From positions 32,001 to 96,000 of the forward strand of contig JAQBUT010000004.1 of the NCBI GenBank assembly GCA_027623195.1: DNA of 64,000 nt, in the 5' to 3' direction. Made by a program: the position numbers and the translations under genes. The stretch comes from Chloroflexota bacterium. Its GTDB lineage: Bacteria; Chloroflexota; Dehalococcoidia; Lucifugimonadales; JADFKI01. A model generated the notes under the pieces. That model worked only from the letters and a program-made list of their open reading frames with translations. It had not been told where the DNA came from and searched no databases. Below are positions 29,489 to 39,387 of this stretch, piece by piece (within the stretch, counting starts at the first letter, position 1; each line of letters opens with the position of its first letter).

Positions 29489-31462
29489 CTGCCTGAATTC
29501 GAGATAGTCTCAGACTTTGTTCCCACTGGAGACCAGCCCGAAGCCATCAACAGGACAGTCGAGGGCATCAACAAGGGAATGACACATCAGACGTTGTTGG
29601 GTGTAACCGGCAGCGGCAAGACGTTTACCATGGCCTGCATCGTTGAAAAGGTGCAGCGTCCGACTCTTGTCCTAGTCCACAACAAGACGCTGGCAGCCCA
29701 ACTAGCCACGGAGTTCAAGGAGTTCTTCCCGAACAACGCCGTTGAGTACTTCGTCAGCTACTACGACTACTACCAGCCAGAGGCGTACGTTCCTCGCAGC
29801 GATACCTATATCGAGAAGGACGCCGACGTTAACGAGGAGTTGGACAAGCTCCGCCACGCCGCAACACGCGGTCTTCTTACTCGACGCGACGTGCTTATAG
29901 TGGCCTCTGTCTCCTGCATCTTCGGCCTGGGATCGCCAGAGGAGTACCAGAGCTTCGTCGCCTACATACGCAAAGGTGAGCAGCGCAACCGCGGCCGCCT
30001 GATGCGCCAACTTGTAGACATGCAGTACGAGAGAAATGACATGGACTTCTCCAGGGGCAAGTTCCGCATACGCGGCGACACCATGGAGATCCTGCCCGCG
30101 TACGACGAAGTAGGCGTACGCATCGAGTTCTGGGGCGACCAGGTAGACCGCATCATGATGGTGGACCCCCTCACCGGAGAGGTGTTGGGCGAACGAGATG
30201 ATATAGAGATATACCCTGCTAAGCACTTCGTGACCTCCCAGGAGAAGATGGACCTGGCGATGGTGGACATCGAGGAGGAGCTGCAGGAGCGTGTAGCGCT
30301 GTTTAAGGAACAGGGCAAGCCGCTTGAGGCTGAACGGATCGAATCCCGCACTCGCTACGACATAGAGATGATGCGTGAAACAGGCTACTGCGGAGGAGTC
30401 GAGAACTACTCTCGCCACCTGGCACGACGCGAGGCGGGTAGCTCACCGTACACCCTGCTCGACTACTTCCCTGAAGACTACCTGCTGTTCGTCGATGAGT
30501 CCCACATGACACTGCCCCAGGTACGTGGGATGTTCTTTGGAGACAAATCTCGGAAAGAAACCCTGGTGGACTTCGGATTCCGTCTCCCTTCAGCGCTGGA
30601 CAACCGGCCGCTTAATTTCAGCGAGTTCGAGGAGCGAGTCAATCAGGCCGTATACGTCTCTGCGACGCCCGGCCCATACGAGTATGAGCACTCACAGGCA
30701 ATCATCCCGCAGGTTATTCGGCCAACTGGGCTGATCGATCCCCTGATAGAGGTGAAGCCCACCAAAGGCCAGATCGACGACCTGCTATACCAGATAAGAA
30801 TGCGCGTGGAAAAGGGCCAACGATGCCTGGTAACTACGCTGACGAAGCGTATGTCCGAAGAGTTGGCGGATTTCTTACGCGAGATGGGCGTCAAGGTCCA
30901 CTACCTGCACTCGGAAATCGACACACTGGAACGCAGCGAGATCCTCCGAGACCTGCGTCTGGGCGTATACGATGTCGTGGTTGGCATCAACCTGCTCCGG
31001 GAAGGCTTGGACCTGCCGGAAGTTAGCCTCGTCGCCATACTTGACGCAGATAAAGAGGGCTACCTCAGGTCGCAGACTGCTCTGACGCAGACGGTAGGAC
31101 GCGCAGCGCGACACGTCGAAGGCCACGTCATCATGTACGCAGACGTTGTCACCGGCTCGATGAAGCGCACTATCGACGAGACTGATCGGCGACGGACCAT
31201 ACAGGAGGCCCATAACCTCGAACACGGCATAACGCCGCAGGGCATTCAAAAAACAATCCACGACATAACCGAGCGTGTAAAGGCCATTGCTGAAACAAGG
31301 ACGCCATACATCACTCAGAGAGATCTGCCAAAGGACGATATCCTGCGGCTAATCAAGGACCTGGAATCCCAGATGAAGACGGCCGCCAGGAACCTGGAGT
31401 TCGAAAAAGCCTCACTGTTGAGGGACCAGATAATAGACCTTCGCAAGGTAGTCGTCGACTGA
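29489..31462 (+). CDS. uvrB: excinuclease ABC subunit B
   Basis: [43 protein letters not shown]-terminal UVR coiled coil; conserved N-terminus requires a CTG start at 29489 after GGAGG. Confidence 0.97.
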   Translation: MPEFEIVSDFVPTGDQPEAINRTVEGINKGMTHQTLLGVTGSGKTFTMACIVEKVQRPTLVLVHNKTLAAQLATEFKEFFPNNAVEYFVSYYDYYQPEAYVPRSDTYIEKDADVNEELDKLRHAATRGLLTRRDVLIVASVSCIFGLGSPEEYQSFVAYIRKGEQRNRGRLMRQLVDMQYERNDMDFSRGKFRIRGDTMEILPAYDEVGVRIEFWGDQVDRIMMVDPLTGEVLGERDDIEIYPAKHFVTSQEKMDLAMVDIEEELQERVALFKEQGKPLEAERIESRTRYDIEMMRETGYCGGVENYSRHLARREAGSSPYTLLDYFPEDYLLFVDESHMTLPQVRGMFFGDKSRKETLVDFGFRLPSALDNRPLNFSEFEERVNQAVYVSATPGPYEYEHSQAIIPQVIRPTGLIDPLIEVKPTKGQIDDLLYQIRMRVEKGQRCLVTTLTKRMSEELADFLREMGVKVHYLHSEIDTLERSEILRDLRLGVYDVVVGINLLREGLDLPEVSLVAILDADKEGYLRSQTALTQTVGRAARHVEGHVIMYADVVTGSMKRTIDETDRRRTIQEAHNLEHGITPQGIQKTIHDITERVKAIAETRTPYITQRDLPKDDILRLIKDLESQMKTAARNLEFEKASLLRDQIIDLRKVVVD

Positions 31463-31486
31463 GGGCGGCGCCTCAACGTACAGATA

Positions 31487-32488
31487 ATGATGATTACTAA
31501 CAGGCATGTGGAACGGAAGACGAGGTTGTTGAGGGCTTGGGCCACGAGCTTGGCGCTGCTATTTGTATTTGTTGCAACCGGCTGCGAAACCGCCACACTT
31601 ACAGGAAACGCCCTGTTGCCGGCAGGCATGAATGAAGCTGAGGTGCCTCAAGTTGAATCTCGAGGATATCTGTACTTCAACACAGGCTCCCCTGTCATTG
31701 TGTCCGGTGGACTCTTTAACGTTGGTCTACCAGTAAGCGAAATACCAGAGTCTATCTCCTTGGACAAAGCCACCCTTATATTGGGTTCCAACACTGAAAA
31801 CGTCGGAGCCTCTCTCCAATTCTCCTCTGAGAACGATAGTCAGGCAGCCTGGGACATTGTTTCGGCTACTCTAGCCTCTGAAAATATTTGGGGCCAGAGA
31901 CAGGATAACCAGCTGTTCTTGGCTACCGGCGATCAGTCATGGCGCGACGCCGTCACTGGCGCTTACGTTAGTCGGGAGCTGGAATCCGTGAAGACGGCAT
32001 CCCCTTCCACATGGAATTTACTTAGCAATCTGCCGAAGTCGCCGCCCGCCAAGCCCGTAATGGCTGGCGTCCTCCACTTAGATGCCGACCTTCTGCAATC
32101 GCTCATGGCCAGTGTTGATCTGGAGGCTGAGGGCATAGGCAACGCGTTCGGGCTAGTGAGGGTTGAGTCGATGGCATTCGCCGTATACACTGGCGACCCC
32201 CTTCACATTAGCACGGCTTTCAACTACGAACAGCTGATAAATACCGGCTCCGGAATCTTACTGGTCAGCCAGTCCAGCTACCCCGGACCTATCGTGTCGT
32301 TCATGCTAGGCGTTATGTCCGACCGCACCGACCTGGAGCTGATTGAGCTTGGCACCACCAACGCCCGATACCGCAGGATTGAAGACCTGCATTTGGTCAT
32401 AAAAAATCGGGGTAGCCTTCTTTTCGCAGCCATAGCGACTAATAGAGCAGATGCCGAAGAGCTAATGCTAAGCGCCCTGTTCGACTAA
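31487..32488 (+). CDS. hypothetical lipoprotein
   Basis: Signal-like region ending VATG-C (lipobox); 333-aa ORF; exact start uncertain. Confidence 0.65.
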   Translation: MMITNRHVERKTRLLRAWATSLALLFVFVATGCETATLTGNALLPAGMNEAEVPQVESRGYLYFNTGSPVIVSGGLFNVGLPVSEIPESISLDKATLILGSNTENVGASLQFSSENDSQAAWDIVSATLASENIWGQRQDNQLFLATGDQSWRDAVTGAYVSRELESVKTASPSTWNLLSNLPKSPPAKPVMAGVLHLDADLLQSLMASVDLEAEGIGNAFGLVRVESMAFAVYTGDPLHISTAFNYEQLINTGSGILLVSQSSYPGPIVSFMLGVMSDRTDLELIELGTTNARYRRIEDLHLVIKNRGSLLFAAIATNRADAEELMLSALFD

Positions 32489-32582
32489 CACCCCTCCTGC
32501 ATACAATCCTAGCCGCCCGTAGACTGGTTCAGCCCCATCATTACCTCATATAAAGCGCATTATGTGCGAAATATGACGCAAA

Positions 32583-32611
32583 TTGACACTCATTTTAACC
32601 ACAGGTACAAT
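32583..32611 (+). promoter_or_regulatory. sigma70-type promoter for DUF59-mrp
   Basis: TTGACA-17 nt-TACAAT. Confidence 0.75.
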
Positions 32612-32654
32612 GAATCTACCCTATGTTGGTAACTGATAATCTGGAGGATCTTCT

Positions 32655-32969
32655 ATGGCCGACAAAGCCGTGTTGACGCTGGATGACGTCTACGAAGCCC
32701 TGCGGGACGTATACGATCCTGAAATACCCATTAACGTAGTCGACTTGGGTCTTGTTTACGACGTTAAGGTCGAGAACTCAAATGTCGATATCAAGATGAC
32801 GCTGACCTTTGCAGGCTGCGGCATGGGCCCTTATATTGCCCAGCAGGCCGAGTGGAGATTGGCAGAGCTTGAGAACATAGACGACATTAACGTCGAGCTT
32901 GTGTTCGACCCCCCGTGGACTCCAGACATGATCACGGAAGAGGGCAAAAAGCAGTTGGGCTTAGACTAA
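32655..32969 (+). CDS. metal-sulfur cluster assembly factor (DUF59/SufT-like)
   Basis: VYDPEIPINVVDLGLVY, MTLTFAGC, FDPPWTPDMI. Confidence 0.92.
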   Translation: MADKAVLTLDDVYEALRDVYDPEIPINVVDLGLVYDVKVENSNVDIKMTLTFAGCGMGPYIAQQAEWRLAELENIDDINVELVFDPPWTPDMITEEGKKQLGLD

Positions 32970-33070
32970 GCCAATCAAAATTGACGATAGACCATCGAAA
33001 ATGGCCGTTCCTGCTAACATAGTCCCGTAACCTGCCCCCGAATTTAAAGAGGAGTCCAGGAGAACCCTTA

Positions 33071-33901
33071 ATGACAATAAACCCTCAGCAGGCCGCACAG
33101 GCTCGCGCACGAATCGAAGCTATGAAGCGTCAGTTCGAGCAGAAGCGGCAGGTAACGGATTCCCTATCCAACATCAAGCACAAGATCGGCGTCTACAGCG
33201 GCAAGGGTGGCGTAGGCAAGACCACTGTAGCGGTCAACATAGCCACAACCCTAGCCCATGGGGGAGCCTCCGTCGGCATCCTCGACGTTGACATAGACTG
33301 CCCCAACGTTGTTAAGGCCATGAAAGTCTCCGAGCACCCGGTGGTAGGCGAAGACAAACGTATGCTTCCTGCCGAGAAGTATGGCGTGAAGATCATGTCC
33401 ATGGGGTTCTTCCAGCAGAACGAGGACGAGGCCATTATCTGGCGCGGCCCTATGGTGCATAACGCCATCAATCAGCTTTTGCAGTCCACCGAATGGGGCA
33501 AGCTAGACTACCTAATCATCGATCTTCCTCCCGGGACATCCGATGCGCCGTTGACGGTTATGCAGGTCTTGGACCTGGATGGATTCGTAGTGGTGACTAC
33601 ACCTCAAGAGCTTGCCAAAATAGACGCAAAACGGTCCATCAACATGATCAAGAAACTGCAGGTCAGCGTCTTGGGTGTTGTGGAGAACCTGTCCGGTGAG
33701 ATTTTCGGGAGCGGCGCAGGAGAGGAATTGGCCGAAGAGATGGGTTTACGATTCCTTGGAAAGCTGGAGCTCCGGTCGGATTACCGCGATACCTCCAAGC
33801 CTACCGTGCTAACCAGCAACGTGGTGCTAGACGAGTACATGTCGCTGGTCGGCGGCATGCTTACGGCCCTGGAAGAGGCTGAGGCAGCGGAAGCAAGCTA
33901 A
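33071..33901 (+). CDS. mrp: Mrp/NBP35 (ApbC) family P-loop ATPase
   Basis: SGKGGVGKTT, IWRGPM, WGKLDYLIIDLPPGTSD, VTTPQ, GVVENLS. Confidence 0.9.
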   Translation: MTINPQQAAQARARIEAMKRQFEQKRQVTDSLSNIKHKIGVYSGKGGVGKTTVAVNIATTLAHGGASVGILDVDIDCPNVVKAMKVSEHPVVGEDKRMLPAEKYGVKIMSMGFFQQNEDEAIIWRGPMVHNAINQLLQSTEWGKLDYLIIDLPPGTSDAPLTVMQVLDLDGFVVVTTPQELAKIDAKRSINMIKKLQVSVLGVVENLSGEIFGSGAGEELAEEMGLRFLGKLELRSDYRDTSKPTVLTSNVVLDEYMSLVGGMLTALEEAEAAEAS

Positions 33902-33941
33902 CCCTCTGTCCCACGCAGAAGCCCTCACATACGCAACAAAT

Positions 33942-33972
33942 AAAACGGCAGGCTTTGAGTCTGCCGTTTTTT
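33942..33972. terminator. intrinsic terminator after mrp
   Basis: aaaacggcaggct-ttg-agtctgccgtttttt. Confidence 0.8.
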
Positions 33973-34009
33973 CTTTACCCAACCCAAGCCTAATTGGGAT
34001 CAACCATCT

Positions 34010-34225
34010 AATAACTACAGCATCCAAATCCTGCCCCGGCAAACTAAGATCGCCCTGTCCCTGCTAATGGGCGATAAGGAAACCCGGTCATATAGTCAGC
34101 GCCATCCCAACGAAAGCGTCGGCTAAGGCAAGCCATTGCGCAAGAGGGTTGGCTTCAGGACATAGAGGACAAATACCAGGTCATCGTAGTTGGAGTAGAG
34201 CCCATAGGCGTGGCTTCTTATCCCG
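34010..34225 (+). pseudogene. possible decayed RelE/ParE-type toxin gene
   Basis: Mosaic of frames gives YSIQILP..., HIVSAI, GKPLRKRVGFR, DIEDKYQVIVVGV, AHRR; interrupted by a stop and frameshifts. Confidence 0.35.
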
Positions 34226-34329
34226 GTCCACCCAGACCAGTATGTGGTATGGTCTGGCAATCGAACACCGGATAGTGTGGGGGAACTTCTACGGAAAGTA
34301 GCTGGCCGTTTGAAATACTGGACCTGGTG

Positions 34330-34725
34330 TTACTGAACCGTAGGTACTGAGCGCCTCAGCACGGCGTTTACCCTGGCGATGAGTTCTTTGATACCGAAAG
34401 GCTTAACCAGATAGTCATCAGCGCCAGCCTCAAGAAGGCCACGTATGATGTTTTCAGTGGTTCCCTGCCCCGTGACGATTATCACCGGACACTCGGATAT
34501 CTTCCGAACGCGCTCGAGGGCCTCCCAGCCATCCATCTTCGGCATGAGAAGGTCCAGCAACACAAGATCAGGGTTGATCTCGTCGAACGCCTCAATGCCT
34601 TCCGCGCCGTTAGCCGCGATAGACGTTGCATAACCCTCAGACGCCAGCGCCTCGCTGAAAAGATCTCTCAACGAGTTGTCGTCTTCGACTATGAGTATGT
34701 GCGGGCTTGTTCCGTTATTATTCAT
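34330..34725 (-). CDS. stand-alone response regulator receiver domain
   Basis: ILIVEDD, DLVLLDLLMPKMDG, GADDYLVKPF, ELIARV..VLRR then stop; no output domain. Confidence 0.9.
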   Translation of the reverse strand: MNNNGTSPHILIVEDDNSLRDLFSEALASEGYATSIAANGAEGIEAFDEINPDLVLLDLLMPKMDGWEALERVRKISECPVIIVTGQGTTENIIRGLLEAGADDYLVKPFGIKELIARVNAVLRRSVPTVQ

Positions 34726-34922
34726 ATGCTCGCTCTACAGATAAACGTCTACTAACCTAAACTAACCATATTTCGGGGCAAATTCTTGGTCAATGCCTAA
34801 ATCGAAAGCATATCTATAAGAACCTGCCTCCTGTCGGCATTTGACCGGCCAGTGCGGTGCAAATACAATTCATTCCACGAATACCAGGAATTCCAAGCCA
34901 CAGGAATCCAAAGGAGAAAAAC

Positions 34923-35243
34923 TTGATATACAGACTCTACACAGGTGAAGATGGACAGTCCCACATGGAAGAAAACTACCAACCTCCGCAACAAGTAGAG
35001 AAAGGGCCAGGAATGACGTGGCGCAGACATGAGTCCGGCGACTTCATCGACTGGCATATTGCGCCCAGAAAGCAGTACCTCATAACCCTATCAGGGCAGG
35101 TCGAAATCGGTCTGGGCGATGGCACTGTCTTTACGCTGGGGGCAGGAGACGCCATGCTGGCTGAGGACCTGACGGGCCAGGGGCACACCACAAAAGCGGT
35201 TGGTCCGGAGCCACGAATATCAGTTGCCATACCTGTGGAATAG
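34923..35243 (+). CDS. cupin-domain protein
   Basis: RLYTGEDGQSH, WHIAPRKQY, EDLTGQGH; TTG start after AAGGAG. Confidence 0.8.
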   Translation: MIYRLYTGEDGQSHMEENYQPPQQVEKGPGMTWRRHESGDFIDWHIAPRKQYLITLSGQVEIGLGDGTVFTLGAGDAMLAEDLTGQGHTTKAVGPEPRISVAIPVE

Positions 35244-35288
35244 ATATCCTTCGAGCCCTACATTAAGCCATTAAGAGACCTTCGCCGT

Positions 35289-35317
35289 TTGACGGCTTGT
35301 GACCGCTGAATTATACT
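35289..35317 (+). promoter_or_regulatory. sigma70-type promoter for crotonase-CaiB genes
   Basis: TTGACG-17 nt-TATACT. Confidence 0.65.
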
Positions 35318-35400
35318 TTCGGTGGTCACGGCGTTTCGTCAAAACCGGTGCCAACAATCGGCGAAACCCATGCCAATCAAAACCAGGAGATGCTTAATCA

Positions 35401-36159
35401 GTGACCTACGAAAACATTGTGCTAACCCGGGACGAGGGCGTCGGAATTATCCGGCTAAACCGTCCCAAAGTGCTTAACGCACTGAGCAAAAGTCTCTACC
35501 GCGAAGTGGACACAGCCATAGGTGAGTTTGAGGCCGACGACGAAATCAAGGCCGTAGTCTTCACGGGAACCGGCGAACGTGCATTCTCTGCCGGCGCAGA
35601 CATTCATGAACAGGTCCGTGACGCGGAGAACCCGCCGCCCCCGGATCCCCGGCGGTCGGAGCAGCAGTGGAATATTGCTGCCTGCAAAAAGCCCACTGTC
35701 GCTGCTCTTAACGGTCTTTGCTACGGCGGCGGCGCTGTGATGGCGTCCAGCTTCGATATTCGTGTCGGCTGCGAACGAACCAGCTTCAAGTTCCTGGCAG
35801 CCTCCTACGGGAGAGTTAACTCCACATGGAGCCTGCCTATGCAGGTCGGATGGCCTGCCGCAAAGGAACTGCTATTCACCGCCCGCGTAGTGGAGGCAGA
35901 AGAGGCATTTCGCATAGGCCTGTTGAACCACCTGGTTTCCGCCGACGAACTAATGCCCAAGGCCATGGAGATAGCCAGGCAGATAGTAGTCAACGACGCT
36001 CGCATGGTCCAGGGCATCAAGGAGCTCATGTTCGAGGATGTCGGGGCAACGTTCCGAGGCATGTACGACAACGAGGCCCGGGCTCGCGATGGCAAGCTAA
36101 GCGCAACCCCAGTCGAAGAAGGCTTCAAGGATTTCTTGGATAGGAAGGGTAGGAAGTAA
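35401..36159 (+). CDS. enoyl-CoA hydratase/isomerase family
   Basis: LNRPKVLNAL, AFSAGADI, KPTVAALNG, DIRVG. Confidence 0.92.
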   Translation: MTYENIVLTRDEGVGIIRLNRPKVLNALSKSLYREVDTAIGEFEADDEIKAVVFTGTGERAFSAGADIHEQVRDAENPPPPDPRRSEQQWNIAACKKPTVAALNGLCYGGGAVMASSFDIRVGCERTSFKFLAASYGRVNSTWSLPMQVGWPAAKELLFTARVVEAEEAFRIGLLNHLVSADELMPKAMEIARQIVVNDARMVQGIKELMFEDVGATFRGMYDNEARARDGKLSATPVEEGFKDFLDRKGRK

Positions 36160-36163
36160 GTTT

Positions 36164-37372
36164 ATGACAACCAGCGGAAACATGAACGGCCCCTTAGAGG
36201 GCATTCGAGTTTTGGACCTGGGCAGATATCAGGCGGGGCCACGTTGTGCCCTGATGTTCGCCCGCATGGGCGCCGAGGTAATCAAAGTCGAGAACATCGG
36301 CGGCGACGAGAGTCGGCAGAACGGCCCACGCGTCCGTGGTCAGAGCGCATACTGGGTGCAGTACAACAGCGGCAAGAAGAGCCTTTCCATCAACATGCGC
36401 ACCGAAAAGGGCAAAGAGGTCCTTCGGGAACTGGTAAAGGTCTCCGATGTTCTTCTGCAGAACTTCAGGCCCGGCACCATCGACACAATGGGCTTCGGCT
36501 ATGACGTGTTGAAAGAATTGAACCCCAAGATAGTCATGATTAACGTTTCCGCCTACGGGCAGTATGGCCCTAACAGTGAAAAGGTTGGATTCGACCCTAT
36601 TGGTCAGGCCATGGGTGGCCTTATGACGCTGACCGGCTATGAAGGCCTTCCGCCTATCAAGACCTACTTCCCATTGATCGACAGAATTACCGCCCTACAC
36701 GCCTGCATAGGCGCTTTGGCGGCACTTCGTGAACGAGAAATATCCGGCCAGGGACAGTCCCTGGAGGTCTGCCTCGCCGACACAGGATTCACCGTCAACG
36801 AGATACCCATATCGGCGTTTCTGGGCGACGGCCAGATAACGAAGCGCGCACCTCAAGGCGGCGGCTCCGGTATCGTTGGCGGCATGTACGAGACGGCCGA
36901 CGGCCACATGATCCTGGCGGCTGGTAACGACGCCATGTGGCAACGGATGTGCGAAGCCTTGGAGAAGCCTCACTGGGCTGAGGACGAGCGTTTCAACACC
37001 CGCGCACAGCGACAGGCCAACGGAGAGTTATTGGAAGAGGAAATGGCAGCCTGGTTCAAGGCGCGCGAAACCAAGTACATCATCGATTACCTTTCCAGCT
37101 TCAGTATTCCATGCGCGCCCGTAAACACCACGGAACAGGCGGCAGTGGACCCCCAGCTTCACGAGCGTGGCATGATGGAAGAAGTGCCTGACCCAGTAGC
37201 AGGCACCATGTGGGTTACTGGCAAGATGATCAAGTTCGGTCGCACGCCAATGGTGGTGGGCTCGGCCCCCACTGTGGGACAGCACACCAGGGAGATTCTT
37301 CAAGAGCTGCTCACGTACTCGGAGGAAGACGTCGCCAAGATGGTGAACGATAAGGTAGTCGCAACCGACTAA
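36164..37372 (+). CDS. CaiB/BaiF family III CoA-transferase
   Basis: PLEGIRVLDL, AGP, GAEVIKVE, GKKSL, QNFRPG, YGQYGP, GFD, APTVGQHT. Confidence 0.93.
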   Translation: MTTSGNMNGPLEGIRVLDLGRYQAGPRCALMFARMGAEVIKVENIGGDESRQNGPRVRGQSAYWVQYNSGKKSLSINMRTEKGKEVLRELVKVSDVLLQNFRPGTIDTMGFGYDVLKELNPKIVMINVSAYGQYGPNSEKVGFDPIGQAMGGLMTLTGYEGLPPIKTYFPLIDRITALHACIGALAALREREISGQGQSLEVCLADTGFTVNEIPISAFLGDGQITKRAPQGGGSGIVGGMYETADGHMILAAGNDAMWQRMCEALEKPHWAEDERFNTRAQRQANGELLEEEMAAWFKARETKYIIDYLSSFSIPCAPVNTTEQAAVDPQLHERGMMEEVPDPVAGTMWVTGKMIKFGRTPMVVGSAPTVGQHTREILQELLTYSEEDVAKMVNDKVVATD

Positions 37373-37416
37373 CTCGAGCGAGGGGCTTTGCACAAAAGGA
37401 CATTTTAGGGCATTAG

Positions 37417-37513
37417 GTTCGACAGATCCCGACTCGGTCGAGGATACTCGATTGAATTGGCGTTTACCACGAACGTGAGAATAAAAATCCCTTTGTGGTG
37501 AGCCTGTCGAAGG
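37417..37513. repeat. composite REP-like palindromic element, copy 1
   Basis: gttcgaca...accacgaacg plus inverted partner ccctttgtggtgagcctgtcgaagg; 54-nt core matches 60939-60992 at 45/54 without gaps. Confidence 0.7.
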
Positions 37514-37565
37514 ATGATTTACTCGAACACCTTATTATTGTGCAGAGGGCGAAGAGGCAATCAGC

Positions 37566-38381
37566 ATGAGCGAAGACGTTTACATCGTCGAGCAGACGGG
37601 CCACGTTGCGACCTTTACGATAAACAGGCCGGACAAGCGTAACGCGCTGAATCCTGAAATTCATGCGGCGCTTGTCCGGGAAATCGACCGCATGGCGGAA
37701 GAGGCCACTGTCAGATGCCTGGTCATCAGAGGCCAGGGCGACAGAGCATTCTCCGCAGGCGACGACCTGAAGCGCGCTCCGGGCGACCCCGGTCCGCAGC
37801 TCGATCCTAGCAAACCGGATTCTATGCAATGGCCGCAGCGTGTTTCTCGTGAGGCCATCCACGACGCTCCATTTCCCGTCGTGGCCATGATCCAAGGCTA
37901 CTGTGTAGGAGGCGGCCTGGCGCTGGCCACCGAGTGCGACATTCGCATCGCGGCCAAGGGCAGCCAACTAGGCATACCGCCCTCCAGGCTGGGCATAATC
38001 TACGACTTCGAGCGCATCCAGGTATTTATCGATCTCGTAGGCCCGGCATTTACCAAAGAGCTTTTCTGCTCCGGCCGCCGAGTAAGCGCAGACCGGGCCC
38101 TGGACATGGGGCTGGTCAACGAAGTGGTCGAGCCGGACGGCTTGGAAGCTGCGGCGTATGGACTGGCGGACGAGTTCGCGGTCACCGCTCCGTTGTCGCT
38201 CAAGGGCCACAAGGCAGTGGTCAACACTCTGGTGCGGAGGCGCAACGAAGGCTCCGCATTGACAGCAACGGACATCGAAACCATGCGCGAAGCCCAGAGC
38301 ATCGCCAGGGCCAGCGAGGACGCCACCGAAGGCCGCGTGGCCTTCAGCGAGAAGCGAACCCCGGTGTTCAAGGGACGATAA
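37566..38381 (+). CDS. enoyl-CoA hydratase/isomerase family
   Basis: INRPDKRNAL, AFSAGDDL, GGGLALATECDIRIA, EGRVAFSEKRTPVFKGR. Confidence 0.92.
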   Translation: MSEDVYIVEQTGHVATFTINRPDKRNALNPEIHAALVREIDRMAEEATVRCLVIRGQGDRAFSAGDDLKRAPGDPGPQLDPSKPDSMQWPQRVSREAIHDAPFPVVAMIQGYCVGGGLALATECDIRIAAKGSQLGIPPSRLGIIYDFERIQVFIDLVGPAFTKELFCSGRRVSADRALDMGLVNEVVEPDGLEAAAYGLADEFAVTAPLSLKGHKAVVNTLVRRRNEGSALTATDIETMREAQSIARASEDATEGRVAFSEKRTPVFKGR

Positions 38382-38451
38382 TGGCAGAATCGGGACCTGT
38401 CAGACCACATGCCCATAGAAGCTATCTCGATGGACTAACGGTTTACTTTAC

Positions 38452-39387
38452 ATGCAGACAATAATTAACGAGCCCGGCGACTTTTCCTACGTCATCGGGC
38501 CTTACAAGGCTCCGATTGCCACGGTACGCCCGGGTGAGACAATCATCGTCGAAACGTTGGACGCCTTCGAGAATCGCATAGATTCGCCTGACGCCGACAT
38601 CGCCAAGATCATCACCCTGCCCTACGTGAACCCGCTCACAGGGCCCATATACGTCGATGGCGCAGAGAAAGGCGACACCATCACAGTGTCCATACAGTCC
38701 ATAGAGGTGACGCGGGACTACGGGGTGAGTTGTCTTATACCCGAATTCGGAGGCCTGTGCGGCACCGGCTTCACCCGTACCCTGAACTCTCCCTTGCCTC
38801 CTCGCGTGATGCTGCACCCTATTGCCAACAACGAGGTCACGTTCTCTCAAGACCTGGATATCGCACCCATTCCCTTCGAGCCTTTTTACGGCACCATCGG
38901 CACAGCGCCCGAGGTTGAAGCAATCTCATCGCTCACGCCGGGCTTCCACGGAGGCAACATGGACGCGGCAGACGTTTGTCCCGGCAACACAGTTCATTTG
39001 CCTGTCCAAGTACCGGGTGCCCTACTGTACATTGGTGACGGCCACGCGGCCCAGGGAGACGGAGAGGTCTGCGGCGTTGCCACGGAGATACCTACACGAG
39101 GAACGGTAACGATAGGTCTTATCAAGGGACATGCCGTCGCGACCCCCAGGGTTGTGTCTGACGAGTTCCTGATGACAATCGGCAGCGCACGGCCCATGGA
39201 GGACGCTGCCAGAATCGCTTTCTACGAACTTGTGATGTGGCTTGAGACCGAGTACGGCATAGAACGGCTGACGGCTTACCAGCTCTGTTCCCAGGTCGCC
39301 AGGGTGCGGCTGGCAAACATGGTGGATATTCAGTATTCGGTGGTAGCCAAGTTTCCCAAGCGCTACCTCCCCCGAACTTACGCTTGA
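38452..39387 (+). CDS. acetamidase/formamidase family protein
   Basis: NPLTGPIYVDGA, PFYGTIG, GGNMD, GDGHAAQGDGEV. Confidence 0.9.
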   Translation: MQTIINEPGDFSYVIGPYKAPIATVRPGETIIVETLDAFENRIDSPDADIAKIITLPYVNPLTGPIYVDGAEKGDTITVSIQSIEVTRDYGVSCLIPEFGGLCGTGFTRTLNSPLPPRVMLHPIANNEVTFSQDLDIAPIPFEPFYGTIGTAPEVEAISSLTPGFHGGNMDAADVCPGNTVHLPVQVPGALLYIGDGHAAQGDGEVCGVATEIPTRGTVTIGLIKGHAVATPRVVSDEFLMTIGSARPMEDAARIAFYELVMWLETEYGIERLTAYQLCSQVARVRLANMVDIQYSVVAKFPKRYLPRTYA

